51,270 nucleotides of DNA from Bacteroidales bacterium (GCA_007129945.1 SKUN01000022.1:1-51270), one strand, 5' to 3'; positions 33,860 to 43,882 are shown, numbered from the stretch's first letter. Numbers and translations: made by a program. The notes: a model not told the origin generated them from the sequence alone.

Positions 33860-35541
33860 CAGTATTCTCCTCTTTCGTAATACCATAATGCGTCGCGCCG
33901 GAACATCGTATCTGCCGGCACGTTTGCTTCCCGGGCTTTTTCCCGGATAAATTCCGCCATCTCCGGATCATCACGAAGGCGTTGTTCAATTTCCAGGATC
34001 CGCTTCTCCCTTTCTTCCGGTCCGTATTCGTCACGGCTTACAGAGACAATGGTGTCCGGGTCTGCAGCATCTCCGGCAGCGGCCGGTTTGCTTTCCGCCT
34101 CAGGTGATTCATCTTCTTTGGTTTCCTTCGGATCAATGGCCACATAGATTCCTTTTCTGGCCTTTTCGTAATCAGGGATGGTGATCAGTTCCCAGTATCT
34201 TTCGGTGGGTTTTCTTCTCAGAAAGGTTTCCCAATAAGCTTCTTTGTTCATCCACCAGTAGTGGATCGCTCCCCGCCGGTACTGATGGATCTGGAAGTTA
34301 TTGAACAGTATCAGCAATACAAATACCCCGAAGGCTGCCTTGCGCCATTTTTCTGGTTGTTTCGCCGCCAGGGAAAACACCGCCGCCATTGGGAGCGCCA
34401 TGATGGCGTAGGAGTCAATAAAGGCCCGCAGGCCGAACCCGCCGCCGAACCACCAGGCCCACCAGGATGACAGGATGTAGATATTGAGTAATTTAAATAC
34501 CAGGATGGGCAGGAATGCACCCCTTAATGCATCCGGGAGTCCTTTCAGGCGCCATGGAAGAAGAAAAATTCCCGCAAAGGCAAACAACATCAGGGGGGTA
34601 TACACAAACCACCCTTTTTTATAACTGACCAGGATATTGGCGATCTGTGGGTTGCCCCAGAAAAACCCACCTCCTTCTTCCCCGTAAGTGAAATAAAAAA
34701 ACATGCCTGATACCTGTTTCCAGTAAATGAATTGCGGCACCCAGGCCAGGATAAAAAACAGGGCCATTACGCCCACCAGTCCGGGTTTTTGAAGGTAATA
34801 GCCGATCCTGTTGCGCAGTGCAGACATGCTGTCAACGCCCCAGAGGAAAAACAACAGCAGGATGATGATGTTGGTGGGACGGACCAGGGTGATGAAGCCT
34901 GCCAGAAACCCCAGCAGCATGAGTTGCCTGACAGATCCGGGCTTGTCATAAAAACGAACGGTCAGGCAGAGGAACAGGGCGATCAGTGCAAAGCTGAATC
35001 CGTGAGTCATGGCTGCTTCGTGGGTGGCGTAATACAACAAATTGGTGCCCATTACCACGGCCACCAGGGTAAACGTGGCAATGCCCGGGCTGAAATAGCG
35101 GAGCAGTACCTTCTTCAGGAAGTAGAGTCCTGCCAGAAGATAGAACAGGGTGCTGAAGTTCAGGGCAAAACGATAGGGGATGGAGTATCCGTCCGCCTCC
35201 CATCCGGTCAGTGAGGCATAGGCGTGTGCCAGGAAAAAGAAAGGGGAATATAACACGGACATTCCCATGGTGGTGATAAGGGCGCGTTTTCCTGTGGGGG
35301 TGGTTACCGGCCATATCAGGTCCCCGAATTTCTCCGGGTCCTCATCCAGGAACTCCAGGGAGAGGTCGTTATAGATAAATACTGCCGGCAGGTAGGCGTA
35401 GTAGGATTTAACGTCCCACTCGATCACCCGGTCGCGGGTCCAGTTGTGATGGCTGAAGTTGATCCACACCATGGCCAGGGCCATGACCAGGATGGCGATG
35501 TTGTAAGGCCGGCTGAGGGTGGATCTGATGCCCGAACCCAT
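33859..35541 (-). CDS. GT-C-fold integral membrane glycosyltransferase (ArnT/PMT_2-like, tentative) with an acidic/helical C-terminal tail
   Basis: 560 aa with many TM helices. The first-loop motif is ..IEWDVKSYYAYLPAVFIY... The ~100-aa C-terminal region is charged (..KETKEDESPEAESKPAAAGDAADPD..). It is translationally coupled to the downstream GT2. Confidence 0.6.
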   Translation of the reverse strand: MGSGIRSTLSRPYNIAILVMALAMVWINFSHHNWTRDRVIEWDVKSYYAYLPAVFIYNDLSLEFLDEDPEKFGDLIWPVTTPTGKRALITTMGMSVLYSPFFFLAHAYASLTGWEADGYSIPYRFALNFSTLFYLLAGLYFLKKVLLRYFSPGIATFTLVAVVMGTNLLYYATHEAAMTHGFSFALIALFLCLTVRFYDKPGSVRQLMLLGFLAGFITLVRPTNIIILLLFFLWGVDSMSALRNRIGYYLQKPGLVGVMALFFILAWVPQFIYWKQVSGMFFYFTYGEEGGGFFWGNPQIANILVSYKKGWFVYTPLMLFAFAGIFLLPWRLKGLPDALRGAFLPILVFKLLNIYILSSWWAWWFGGGFGLRAFIDSYAIMALPMAAVFSLAAKQPEKWRKAAFGVFVLLILFNNFQIHQYRRGAIHYWWMNKEAYWETFLRRKPTERYWELITIPDYEKARKGIYVAIDPKETKEDESPEAESKPAAAGDAADPDTIVSVSRDEYGPEEREKRILEIEQRLRDDPEMAEFIREKAREANVPADTMFRRDALWYYERGEY

Positions 35542-35576
35542 AGATGCAGGGTATAGTTTGGTGAATCAAACCAAAG

Positions 35577-36311
35577 TTACACTTTTTCATGCAATACCAT
35601 TTCCAGTATATGATGCGATTTCACCTCCCCGAGCCCTTCAAGGTGAAAGCGGTAGTAGTCAATTGTTTTGTCCAGCAGGGTTTTGCGTTGTTCTTTCGGG
35701 ATAAGCAACTGATCTGCCTCATGCAGCCCGGTATTGGCTGCCCTGAAAAAGCACTGACTGAGGTTCTGGTCCAGGCACTCCTCTCTGTGACCGGGCTCCC
35801 GCTGGAATGTTCCTTCACGGAGGTTGAAATAGCAATGGAGGGAGTCATAATTGTCGCGGGGTTGAAAACCCAGGAAACGGGTGAGCTGAAGCAGAAAAAC
35901 AAGGTGAAAATCGGCCACCCTTCCATCGGTAAGGTCCAGTTGCCTGATCGCATTGTGGATATAAGCAAAGAGAGCCGGGTTGGATTCGTGACTTTTAATG
36001 GAATGGGTGAGCATCTCTGCAAGGAACAGGGCAATGGAGGATTTGCTGATATTGTAGGGGATGGTTGAAAACGGTGTCGGGCAGCTGATCTCTTTAATGC
36101 GCTGCAGCCCTCCTTTTTCTTTGTGGTACACCACCATATTCACGATTGTCAGTGGCTGAAAGAGATTTTGCCGGATGCGGGCCTTGCTTTTCCTGACACC
36201 CGGAACCAGGTATGACTGCAATCCAAGGTCACTGGAGTATATCCGGGCAATAATGCTGGTTTCACCATACTTGAAACTGTGCAGTATGATGCCGGTTGTG
36301 GTCGCGATCAT
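35577..36311 (-). CDS. recO: DNA repair protein RecO
   Basis: 244 aa. The N-terminal OB-fold pattern (..GIILHSFKYGETSIIARIYS...GLQSYLV.G..) and overall length are typical of RecO. Confidence 0.82.
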   Translation of the reverse strand: MIATTTGIILHSFKYGETSIIARIYSSDLGLQSYLVPGVRKSKARIRQNLFQPLTIVNMVVYHKEKGGLQRIKEISCPTPFSTIPYNISKSSIALFLAEMLTHSIKSHESNPALFAYIHNAIRQLDLTDGRVADFHLVFLLQLTRFLGFQPRDNYDSLHCYFNLREGTFQREPGHREECLDQNLSQCFFRAANTGLHEADQLLIPKEQRKTLLDKTIDYYRFHLEGLGEVKSHHILEMVLHEKV

Positions 36312-36328
36312 GATCTTTTATACCCCTG

Positions 36329-38650
36329 TCAGTTAATAAACAAAATCTTTGTCACCGCGGTTTCCTCTCCGTCTTCGTTGGTGGAAAACACAAGATACAC
36401 CCCGGAAGAGGGCCTTCTTCCATGGAGATCCTTGCCGTTCCAAACTGCCTGGCCTCCTTCTGCAATGGTTTCCCAGACCAGGTTGCCGCTGATGTCGGTG
36501 ATCTTTACCCTGGCATTGCGTACCAGTCCTCTTACAGAAATGTACCCGTCATATCCCGGATGTACGGGGTTGGGGTAGGCATATACATCCTGATGCACCT
36601 CTCCGCCCCCTGTGGCAAGCCCCCTGAATGAAACCAGACCCCTGTCGGTGGCAAAATACACTTCACCGCTTTGGCCCTCAATGGCAATATCCAGGATGTT
36701 GTTGGATGGGAGGGGGCTGTTGTCCCTGTCGAAATGGAAGATCGTTTCGCGGCCGTCTTCGGATAGGAGAAAGGCACCCGAACGTGCTGTGCCAAACCAT
36801 TTTTTATTGGATCCGTCCACTGTGATGGCAGTGACCGTTTCTGACTCCAGCAGGTAGCCCGCAAAGCCGTCGGCCTGCTCCACCACGATGCGGTGGGCCT
36901 GGAAATCCTGCCCGGTAAAAGCACGTTGCGGGCTGTAAAAGACGGCCACCCCCTGTTCCGTTCCCACCCATACGTAACCGTTGTTGTCTACCGCAAGACT
37001 GTGAACGCTGTTGTCCGGAAGGCCTCCACGGCTGGCCTGTGTGGTGAGCCTGCGTGTTTCGTACCCACTGTTGTTGCTCAGGCCGTCTTCTTTCAGGAGG
37101 AAAATGCCATTGCGTGGCAGTATGACCCATTTTTGTCCGCTATCATCAATAACAAGGTCTCCTACCAGTGTCTGTGATCCGAAAGTTCCACCACTGCTGA
37201 ATGCCATCCAGTCACCTGAAGGTTTCCTGACCAAAAGCGGGGTGTCCACCTCGGAGTTGGTGACCCACAAATTGCCCTGGTTATCGACGGCAGTGCCTCC
37301 CACACGAAGCCTGTCTTCAACGATGGCCCGTTTTTGCAGGGGACTGTTTGAGTCGTCAAACAATTGCACCACCCCTTCAGGGTTCAGCTCCACCACCCCT
37401 CCGTTCCAGGCCGCAGCGAAGGCACGGTCCGGGTTGCGCGGATCGGCACTGATCCTGATGATATCTGATACAGTTTCCAACTCAGGGAACCGGAAACGGT
37501 TGAAGCCCTGCCACCTTCCTCCTTCAAACAGGAAAACACCGTGCTGGATCCAGTTATGCTCTCCGCCGTAGGTGACTGTGCCCGGTGCAACCCATACGCG
37601 TCCGTGGCCCGCTGCCAGGCCAAATGCATCTGATTCAGGTGGTCCGGGAAGTATAATCGTTTCAAAGTCGCCGGCACTTTTTTCCCTGGCAAGCCCCCTG
37701 TGGTGATCGGCGATCCAGAGTTTTTCGTCTGCAGCCAGAAGGGCGTCATTCGCGGTGACTTCACCCGGATGATAGCTTTCCACCCTCCGGACTCTCTCCA
37801 GATTGGCGTCGTAAATATCCAGTTTGCCCGGGGCAGCCACAAGGAGCTGACCTTCATTGACGGTCAGGTTGTTGATCTGCTGATAGTCGTTTTCCGGAGG
37901 ATTGAGGGGGGTCCAGCTTCCCTGTTCTGACACGTAGAGCTGGTCTGCAGTATCCGTTTTTTGCAATGCAAATACCCTGTTTGTGAAAGCCCCCAGGCGG
38001 GTGAATATTTCGTTACTCTGCCCGCTGACCTCTAATCTTTCCCAAAAACGGTAATCTGCCAGGTTTGAGCCATCCAGCGGACCCCGCAGGAGTCCGGCAT
38101 TGGTTGCGGCAAAAATATGTCCCCCGGAAATTGCCAGGTCATTGACATTGACCATGCTGCCAAAAGGGCCGATGAACCAGGTGTCCAGAACCAGGTAGTT
38201 GTCTGCATCGAATTCAATGATGCCGAAATCGCAGGCGACCAGTATCCGGCCAGCATGGGGTTCCATACTGTTGATCTTCTTGCTTCCCAGTATGGAAGCC
38301 TGCATAATATCAGGGATGTTCACAAAGTTGTTCCCGTCGATCAGATCCAGGTTGCCGTTTTCGTAGCCTACCAAAAGGGCCTCCTGTTCGGCTGACCAAC
38401 TTATCGCAGATATACCGAAATCACTCAACCCATGCACTTTGTTGATCCTTTCCACACTGTTGTCGTCCTTGTTGAATACCACCAGCCCGTAGGTTGTGGC
38501 ACCCACGATGCGGCCGGGGGTTTCTTCGATATGAAAGATGCGGTTGTTGGGCAGGTGATGGCGCCAGTGCCCCACGGGAACATCCGCTTTCAGCTCCGGT
38601 AGCAGCACCAGGAGGGCTGTCAGCATCAGAAATTGTTGCAGGCTGCGCAT
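36329..38650 (-). CDS. Double beta-propeller protein (two-component-regulator propeller repeats) with a T9SS C-terminal sorting domain; PorZ-like
   Basis: 773 aa with a signal peptide. It has repeated Reg_prop-like motifs (VWVGTEQGVAVF, KWFGTARSGAFLL, VYFATDRGLVSF). The C-terminal ~80 aa resemble the type A CTD (..VYAYPNPV....ISGNLV......W.GKD..G...SSGVYLV...). The PorZ assignment rests only on size and architecture. Confidence 0.6.
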   Translation of the reverse strand: MRSLQQFLMLTALLVLLPELKADVPVGHWRHHLPNNRIFHIEETPGRIVGATTYGLVVFNKDDNSVERINKVHGLSDFGISAISWSAEQEALLVGYENGNLDLIDGNNFVNIPDIMQASILGSKKINSMEPHAGRILVACDFGIIEFDADNYLVLDTWFIGPFGSMVNVNDLAISGGHIFAATNAGLLRGPLDGSNLADYRFWERLEVSGQSNEIFTRLGAFTNRVFALQKTDTADQLYVSEQGSWTPLNPPENDYQQINNLTVNEGQLLVAAPGKLDIYDANLERVRRVESYHPGEVTANDALLAADEKLWIADHHRGLAREKSAGDFETIILPGPPESDAFGLAAGHGRVWVAPGTVTYGGEHNWIQHGVFLFEGGRWQGFNRFRFPELETVSDIIRISADPRNPDRAFAAAWNGGVVELNPEGVVQLFDDSNSPLQKRAIVEDRLRVGGTAVDNQGNLWVTNSEVDTPLLVRKPSGDWMAFSSGGTFGSQTLVGDLVIDDSGQKWVILPRNGIFLLKEDGLSNNSGYETRRLTTQASRGGLPDNSVHSLAVDNNGYVWVGTEQGVAVFYSPQRAFTGQDFQAHRIVVEQADGFAGYLLESETVTAITVDGSNKKWFGTARSGAFLLSEDGRETIFHFDRDNSPLPSNNILDIAIEGQSGEVYFATDRGLVSFRGLATGGGEVHQDVYAYPNPVHPGYDGYISVRGLVRNARVKITDISGNLVWETIAEGGQAVWNGKDLHGRRPSSGVYLVFSTNEDGEETAVTKILFIN

Positions 38651-38690
38651 GAGATGTGTATGAATTGAGTTGATCCTGTAGCGGATTTGG

Positions 38691-40946
38691 TCAGAAGATC
38701 TCTCTTCTGAAAGGGTCCCTGGTATTGTCCTGTTGCTCTATTTTGGAACAGTCGGTTTCTACGTCCGGTGGCCGGAGGGGCATTTCGAAATCATCCATGC
38801 TGATGTTCAGGCTGTCATCGTTATATACCCTGGTCATGAACTCGGCCCATATGGGAAGTGAAGTATTGGCGCCCTGGCCCAGTGAAAGATCTCTGAATCT
38901 GATGCCCCGGTCCTCGCCACCTACCCACACACCGGATACCAGGTCGGGGGTGATGCCCACGAACCATCCGTCTGAGTTGCTCTGGGTGGTGCCTGTTTTA
39001 CCTGCTATTGGGTGATTGAAACCATATCTGAAGTTCAACCGCCGTCCGGTACCTTCCGATACCACTCCTTTCATGAGCTCCAGCATCAGCCAGGCAGTTT
39101 CTTCGTTCATTGCTTCCTGCCGGTCAGGAACAAAGGCTTCAATCAGATTGCCGCTCTGGTCTTCAATACGGGTGACGAAGGTCGGCTCAATATATACCCC
39201 TTTATTGGCATAGGACGCCATGGCTCCCACAATTTCGTAAACAGAAAGATCAGGCGTTCCCAGAGAAATGGCAGGAACTGCATCCATGGGGCTTTGCACG
39301 CCCATTCGTCTGGTCAGTCTGACCAGTGCTTCAGGGCTGTAGCGTCTCATAAGGTAAGCCGACACATAATTTACAGAGTTCGCCAGGGCCCATTGCAAAG
39401 TCACCATTTCTCCCTCTCTGTCATCGCTTGAGTTTTTCGGTGTCCATAAGGTGCCGTCCCAAAGTTCGAAGGTTACCGGGGTGTTGGGGACCTGGGTGCA
39501 AGGGCCGAATTCCCCTTCCTGCATGGCAAGGGTATAGAGGAAAGGCTTAAAGACCGATCCTACCTGGCGGCGGATGCCGGTGACGTGATCAAACTTGAAA
39601 TGGCGGAAGTCATTACCGCCCACATAGGCTTTCACATGACCGGTGTGCGGTTCAACCGACATCATTCCGGCATGGAGAAAATGCTTGTGATACCAGATCG
39701 AGTCCATGGGGGTCATTACGGTATCCACACTTCCTTCCCAGGAAAAGACCCGCATGGGTACAGGCTCTTCAAAGCTGGCCATGATTTCTTCTTCTGAGTA
39801 ACCCTGTGCAAGCATATTGTGGAAGCGATCTGAGCGCCTTACCGAATTCCTGATGTTTGATTCTACCTGTTCGTTAGACAGATTCGTATCATAAGGGGCA
39901 TTGGTGTAACCCCGCCAGTGCCTGTAAAATTCAGGCTGAAGATAGTTGGCCATATGTAGATTCACCGCCTCTTCCGCATATTCCTGCATGCGTGAATCAA
40001 TGGTGGTATAAATCCTGAGCCCGTCACGGTAAATGTCATAATGAGAGCCGTCGGGTTTAATTCTCGACCGTCCCCAATCCCGTAGTTCCGTTCGCAGGTA
40101 TTCCCGCAAATAGGTGGCAATTCCGGTGTGATGATCCTGTACCTGGAACTGCGACATATCCAGTGGAATATTGCGCAGTGAATCCAACTCCTCCCTTGTG
40201 ATGTATTCATACCTGGCCATCTGGGTCAAAACAACCTGCCTGCGGCCGAGGGCCCGTTCGGGATTCCTGACCGGGTGGTACCATGAGGGGGCTTTCAGTT
40301 GCCCCACCAACATGGCTGCTTCCTCCTTCTTCAATGCATCAGGTTCAGTGTTGAAGTAAGTTTTGGCGGCTGATTTGATCCCGAAAGCATGGCTGCCAAA
40401 GTCAACCGTATTGAGATACATGGCAATGATCTCATCCTTGGTATAGTTTCTTTCCAGCCGTGCAGCGGTTACCCACTCCTTTAGTTTGATGATCACGATC
40501 TGTGCGGTGGAGAGGTTCTGCTGCCGGGGAAACAGGTTTTTGGCCAGCTGCTGAGTCAGTGTACTTCCTCCTCCGGCGCTGCGTTGCCCGCCAATAATAT
40601 TCCGGAATAATACCCGGAATATACTTCTGATGTCAACCCCGGAATGGTAGCGGAAGCGAATATCTTCCGTGGCCAGAAGTGCGTGGATCACATTCGGAGA
40701 AAGGTCCTCATACTGAATGTTGGAGCGGTTATGGATGTAAAAGGTTCCCAGCAACTCTCCGTCGGCCGAGTAAATTTCACTGGCCAGGTTGCTTCTCGGG
40801 TTTTCAAGCTCTTCAAAAGATGGCATGAACCCCCACCATCCAAGAGAAATGGTGAAAAACAGCAAAAAAACAAGCACTACAGGTGTGGCGAAAAGCACCC
40901 AGAATAAGCGTTTGTATTTACGTTTTACGGAAACTTTGCTTGTCAT
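38691..40946 (-). CDS. mrcA: Class A penicillin-binding protein (PBP1A; transglycosylase + transpeptidase)
   Basis: 751 aa with an N-terminal TM anchor. GT51 motifs (EDIRFRYHSGVD, GGSTLTQQLAKN) and transpeptidase motifs SVFKP (SxxK) and KTGTT are present. Confidence 0.92.
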   Translation of the reverse strand: MTSKVSVKRKYKRLFWVLFATPVVLVFLLFFTISLGWWGFMPSFEELENPRSNLASEIYSADGELLGTFYIHNRSNIQYEDLSPNVIHALLATEDIRFRYHSGVDIRSIFRVLFRNIIGGQRSAGGGSTLTQQLAKNLFPRQQNLSTAQIVIIKLKEWVTAARLERNYTKDEIIAMYLNTVDFGSHAFGIKSAAKTYFNTEPDALKKEEAAMLVGQLKAPSWYHPVRNPERALGRRQVVLTQMARYEYITREELDSLRNIPLDMSQFQVQDHHTGIATYLREYLRTELRDWGRSRIKPDGSHYDIYRDGLRIYTTIDSRMQEYAEEAVNLHMANYLQPEFYRHWRGYTNAPYDTNLSNEQVESNIRNSVRRSDRFHNMLAQGYSEEEIMASFEEPVPMRVFSWEGSVDTVMTPMDSIWYHKHFLHAGMMSVEPHTGHVKAYVGGNDFRHFKFDHVTGIRRQVGSVFKPFLYTLAMQEGEFGPCTQVPNTPVTFELWDGTLWTPKNSSDDREGEMVTLQWALANSVNYVSAYLMRRYSPEALVRLTRRMGVQSPMDAVPAISLGTPDLSVYEIVGAMASYANKGVYIEPTFVTRIEDQSGNLIEAFVPDRQEAMNEETAWLMLELMKGVVSEGTGRRLNFRYGFNHPIAGKTGTTQSNSDGWFVGITPDLVSGVWVGGEDRGIRFRDLSLGQGANTSLPIWAEFMTRVYNDDSLNISMDDFEMPLRPPDVETDCSKIEQQDNTRDPFRREIF

Positions 40947-40992
40947 AAATCATGGTTATAGTTAGTAACAAAACGCCGGTCCTGTGCCTTTA

Positions 40993-41460
40993 TTATTTTT
41001 TTTCAATGCGGATGCCAATGTCTGAAAGGCCTTCCAGTTCTTCTTCACGCATTCCGTGCTGAATACGGAACGTATAAGTTCCGTCAACCGGAAACCATAC
41101 TTCATCACGGAACAGAAAACGATTTGAACGTATTTGCCCGATCCCCTTTCCGGTCCACTCTCCTCTCCGGTCGGCAAGCACGCACTCAATGGTGTCATGC
41201 AGTGTTCTGTTGTCAGGAAATTCAATCTCCATAAACAGGAAAAGATTGCTGTAAGGGTAGTCAATGGTGTTCCGGACATCAAGGTATAGCTCATGCAGGG
41301 CCAGTGTATCACTTATCTCTGCCTCAAAAAGGATGCCATCCCGGTAGTCCCATCCGTCAGATGATAAGGAGCGGGTTTCATGATAAGTAACATTGGGCTG
41401 GCAAGCTGCCATAATCAGCCACAAAAAAATAATGGAGCCCTGTTTCACTGATCGTTTCAT
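40993..41460 (-). CDS. gldH: Gliding motility lipoprotein GldH
   Basis: 155 aa with a lipobox (WLIMAACQ). Conserved GldH blocks as I recall them from F. johnsoniae GldH: YPYSNLFLF..EFP, D.RGEWTGKGIG, IQHGMR, LEGLSDIGIRIE. Confidence 0.78.
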   Translation of the reverse strand: MKRSVKQGSIIFLWLIMAACQPNVTYHETRSLSSDGWDYRDGILFEAEISDTLALHELYLDVRNTIDYPYSNLFLFMEIEFPDNRTLHDTIECVLADRRGEWTGKGIGQIRSNRFLFRDEVWFPVDGTYTFRIQHGMREEELEGLSDIGIRIEKK

Positions 41461-41475
41461 AATGTGGTGGGGTGG

Positions 41476-42666
41476 CTACCGGTCCGATGCGTTCCGGTTG
41501 TTTTTAGGCTTTCTTTTCCTGCGGCGTTTGCTTTTCTTGTTCTTTTTGGGATTGTCAAAGCGTGTAAGGCTGTCTTCCAGTCCGTTACTTCCATGATCCG
41601 GTATAGCGTCCGCAGTGGCCTGATCTACTGCCGCGAGCTTGTCCTGCAGCTCCTCAGGCTGCTGGCCGCTTTCATTCATTCGGATGATCTCCCACACCCT
41701 TTCTGCCGAAAGCATAATGACCTGACCGGGTTTATCGGTATACTGGTAACCGATTTCCTGTTTCATCACATCCATCTTCTGGAAAGTTGCGACACCCGCC
41801 TTGGTAAGAAGTTCTTTGCCGGTATCGGGAAAGCCTTTGATGATGTCTTCGTAACAGGCATTCTCATAGTTGATGCAGCATTTGAGTTTACTGCACTGCC
41901 CGGCCAGCTTTTGCGGATTAAGTGTCAGCTGTTGGGTACGGGCACTGTTGGTTGATACTGAGCGGAAACTGGTCAGCCAGGTGGCGCAACACAGTTCCCT
42001 GCCGCACGATCCGATCCCCCCGAGGCGACTGGCTTCCTGCCTCATCCCGATTTGCCGCATTTCAATACGTACGCCGAATGCGTCTGCCAGCACACGGATC
42101 AGTTCACGAAAGTCGACGCGGTCGTCGGCCGTGTAATAAAACACGGCCTTGGTACGATCACCCTGATATTCGACATCGCTGATCTTCATATTCAGCTTCA
42201 GTGAAGAGGCGATCTCCCTCGAGCGATACATGGTTGAGTCTTCCTGGCGGACGGCGGTTACCCATTTTTCAATGTCCGATACCTTGGCCTTCCTGTAAAC
42301 CCTGCGTAGCTCCGTGGATTTCGGGTCAACCTTCTTGCTTTTCATCTGGAGTTTCACTACCTCACCGGTCAGTGTGATAATGCCGATGTCGTGCCCCGGG
42401 GATGCCTCCACCGCAACGATGTCACCCGTGTGGAGATCAAGATCGGGCGAGGCCCTGAAAAAATCTTTGCGGCTGTTCTTAAAACGCACCTCTACCACAT
42501 CGCTTGATGGGTAAACTTCGGGTGGTTTGATATTCTCCAGCCAGTCACGGGTATCCAGTTTATTGCAGGAGTGTTTGAACACATCCAGCTGCCGTGTGTG
42601 TGGTTGCGGGGCACATTTACACCCCCTTGTTAAAAATGCCTCTTCTCTATGATTGTTCTTGTCCAA
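41476..42666 (-). CDS. PSP1 domain protein (RicT/YaaT-like)
   Basis: 396 aa with the PSP1 core (..GDIVAVEA..GHDIG.., ..AVFYYTADDRVDFRELIRVLA..F..RIEMRQIG.R, ..CGRELCC..). The only in-frame start at the 5' end is TTG 42666, and there is no ATG before residue ~108. It has a basic C-terminal tail. Confidence 0.8.
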   Translation of the reverse strand: MDKNNHREEAFLTRGCKCAPQPHTRQLDVFKHSCNKLDTRDWLENIKPPEVYPSSDVVEVRFKNSRKDFFRASPDLDLHTGDIVAVEASPGHDIGIITLTGEVVKLQMKSKKVDPKSTELRRVYRKAKVSDIEKWVTAVRQEDSTMYRSREIASSLKLNMKISDVEYQGDRTKAVFYYTADDRVDFRELIRVLADAFGVRIEMRQIGMRQEASRLGGIGSCGRELCCATWLTSFRSVSTNSARTQQLTLNPQKLAGQCSKLKCCINYENACYEDIIKGFPDTGKELLTKAGVATFQKMDVMKQEIGYQYTDKPGQVIMLSAERVWEIIRMNESGQQPEELQDKLAAVDQATADAIPDHGSNGLEDSLTRFDNPKKNKKSKRRRKRKPKNNRNASDR

Positions 42667-42719
42667 AGCGCCTCTTTTTTATTGTTGCAAAGTTAGCAAA
42701 ATATCTGGTTCTGTTGAGG

Positions 42720-43853
42720 CTAGCTGTGCATCAGCCTGACCAGCTGAAAGGAAAGATCGGTGAACAGTATCTTCGGATTGGCGTTCCTTTCGAGGTGGGT
42801 TATGGCAGTATTGAATGCTGTTACGATCTGTATGGCGTTGCGGTGGTTGACAAAGGGGGAAAACTTGCTGATGAAATCTTTTTCCTCGCCTTCCAGGCGG
42901 ATGAGTGAGTCCACATTGTAATTATGAAGCAGGCACAGGCGGAAGATCTTCAGCCCATACTGGAAAAATGATTTTTGTTTTTCCCTGCCCCCGCGGGATG
43001 CATCCTCGGCCCATTTAATAATTTTGGAAGTGTCTTTCTTATAGCAATAACGCATCCACTCCCTGAATGAATCAAAATCGGCCATGACTTCCCCGCCATG
43101 TTTGGCCAGCCGCAGTGCCTCAGATACACTTCCGTCAGCCAGAAAAGCGATCTGCCTGGCCCTGACCGGGTCTGTTCCGGCCTTTTCCGCAAGTGCCTGG
43201 CTGACCTCATCCTCTGAGGGGCGTGGTACTTTCAGGATCTGGGTACGGGAGAGAATGGTGTTCAGAACCAGGTCCTTGTTTTCTGAAACCATCAGAAAAA
43301 GGGTGTTTTGAGGAGGTTCCTCCAGGACCTTCAACAATTTGGGTGCTGCGGCATAATACAATTTCTCTGTCATGTACACAAAGATGATTTTGTATTTGCC
43401 CTCGTATGATTTAAGGCCCAATGTCCTGATGATGTCATTGCAGTCTTCGGTGTTGATAATGGCCTGTTTGTTTTCGATTCCCAGGTGTTCGAGCCACTGC
43501 CGGTAGGTAAAATACGGGGTTTCGAGCAAAATTTCGCGCCAGCGGGGAAGGAATAGTTTGCTGCTTACCGGCTTTTCCTTTTTGTGCTCCTGGTTGGGGG
43601 CGGAGGGGAAGAAAAAATGCAGGTCGGGGTGGGCCAGCTTGCTGAACTTCAGGCAGGAAGGGCATTTGCCGCAGGCATCCTCCTCCCCCCTGTCATGACA
43701 GAGAATAAAGCGGGCGTAAGCCAGTGCAATGGCCAGGGTTCCGCTGTCATCGGGCCCGAGAAAAAGCTGCGCGTGACTGATGCGGTTGGCCCGCACGTTG
43801 GCCATAAGCTGTCCCTTTATGTGGTCATGTCCGATTACCTCCCTGAACTGCAT
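42720..43853 (-). CDS. holB: DNA polymerase III delta-prime subunit
   Basis: The N-terminus is typical of HolB (FREVIGHDHIKGQL......RISHAQLFLGP.DSG), with a Zn-module-like CGKCPSCLK and VLEEPP. The start is set at ATG 43853, downstream of a consensus promoter box; the track ORF extends to 43904. Confidence 0.82.
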   Translation of the reverse strand: MQFREVIGHDHIKGQLMANVRANRISHAQLFLGPDDSGTLAIALAYARFILCHDRGEEDACGKCPSCLKFSKLAHPDLHFFFPSAPNQEHKKEKPVSSKLFLPRWREILLETPYFTYRQWLEHLGIENKQAIINTEDCNDIIRTLGLKSYEGKYKIIFVYMTEKLYYAAAPKLLKVLEEPPQNTLFLMVSENKDLVLNTILSRTQILKVPRPSEDEVSQALAEKAGTDPVRARQIAFLADGSVSEALRLAKHGGEVMADFDSFREWMRYCYKKDTSKIIKWAEDASRGGREKQKSFFQYGLKIFRLCLLHNYNVDSLIRLEGEEKDFISKFSPFVNHRNAIQIVTAFNTAITHLERNANPKILFTDLSFQLVRLMHS

Positions 43854-43874
43854 ATCTGCGTTATTTAAACCTGT

Positions 43875-43882
43875 CAAACCTA
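43875..43882 (-). promoter_or_regulatory. -7 box TAGGTTTG for holB
   Basis: Exact TAnnTTTG match on the minus strand, 21 nt before ATG 43853. Confidence 0.5.
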
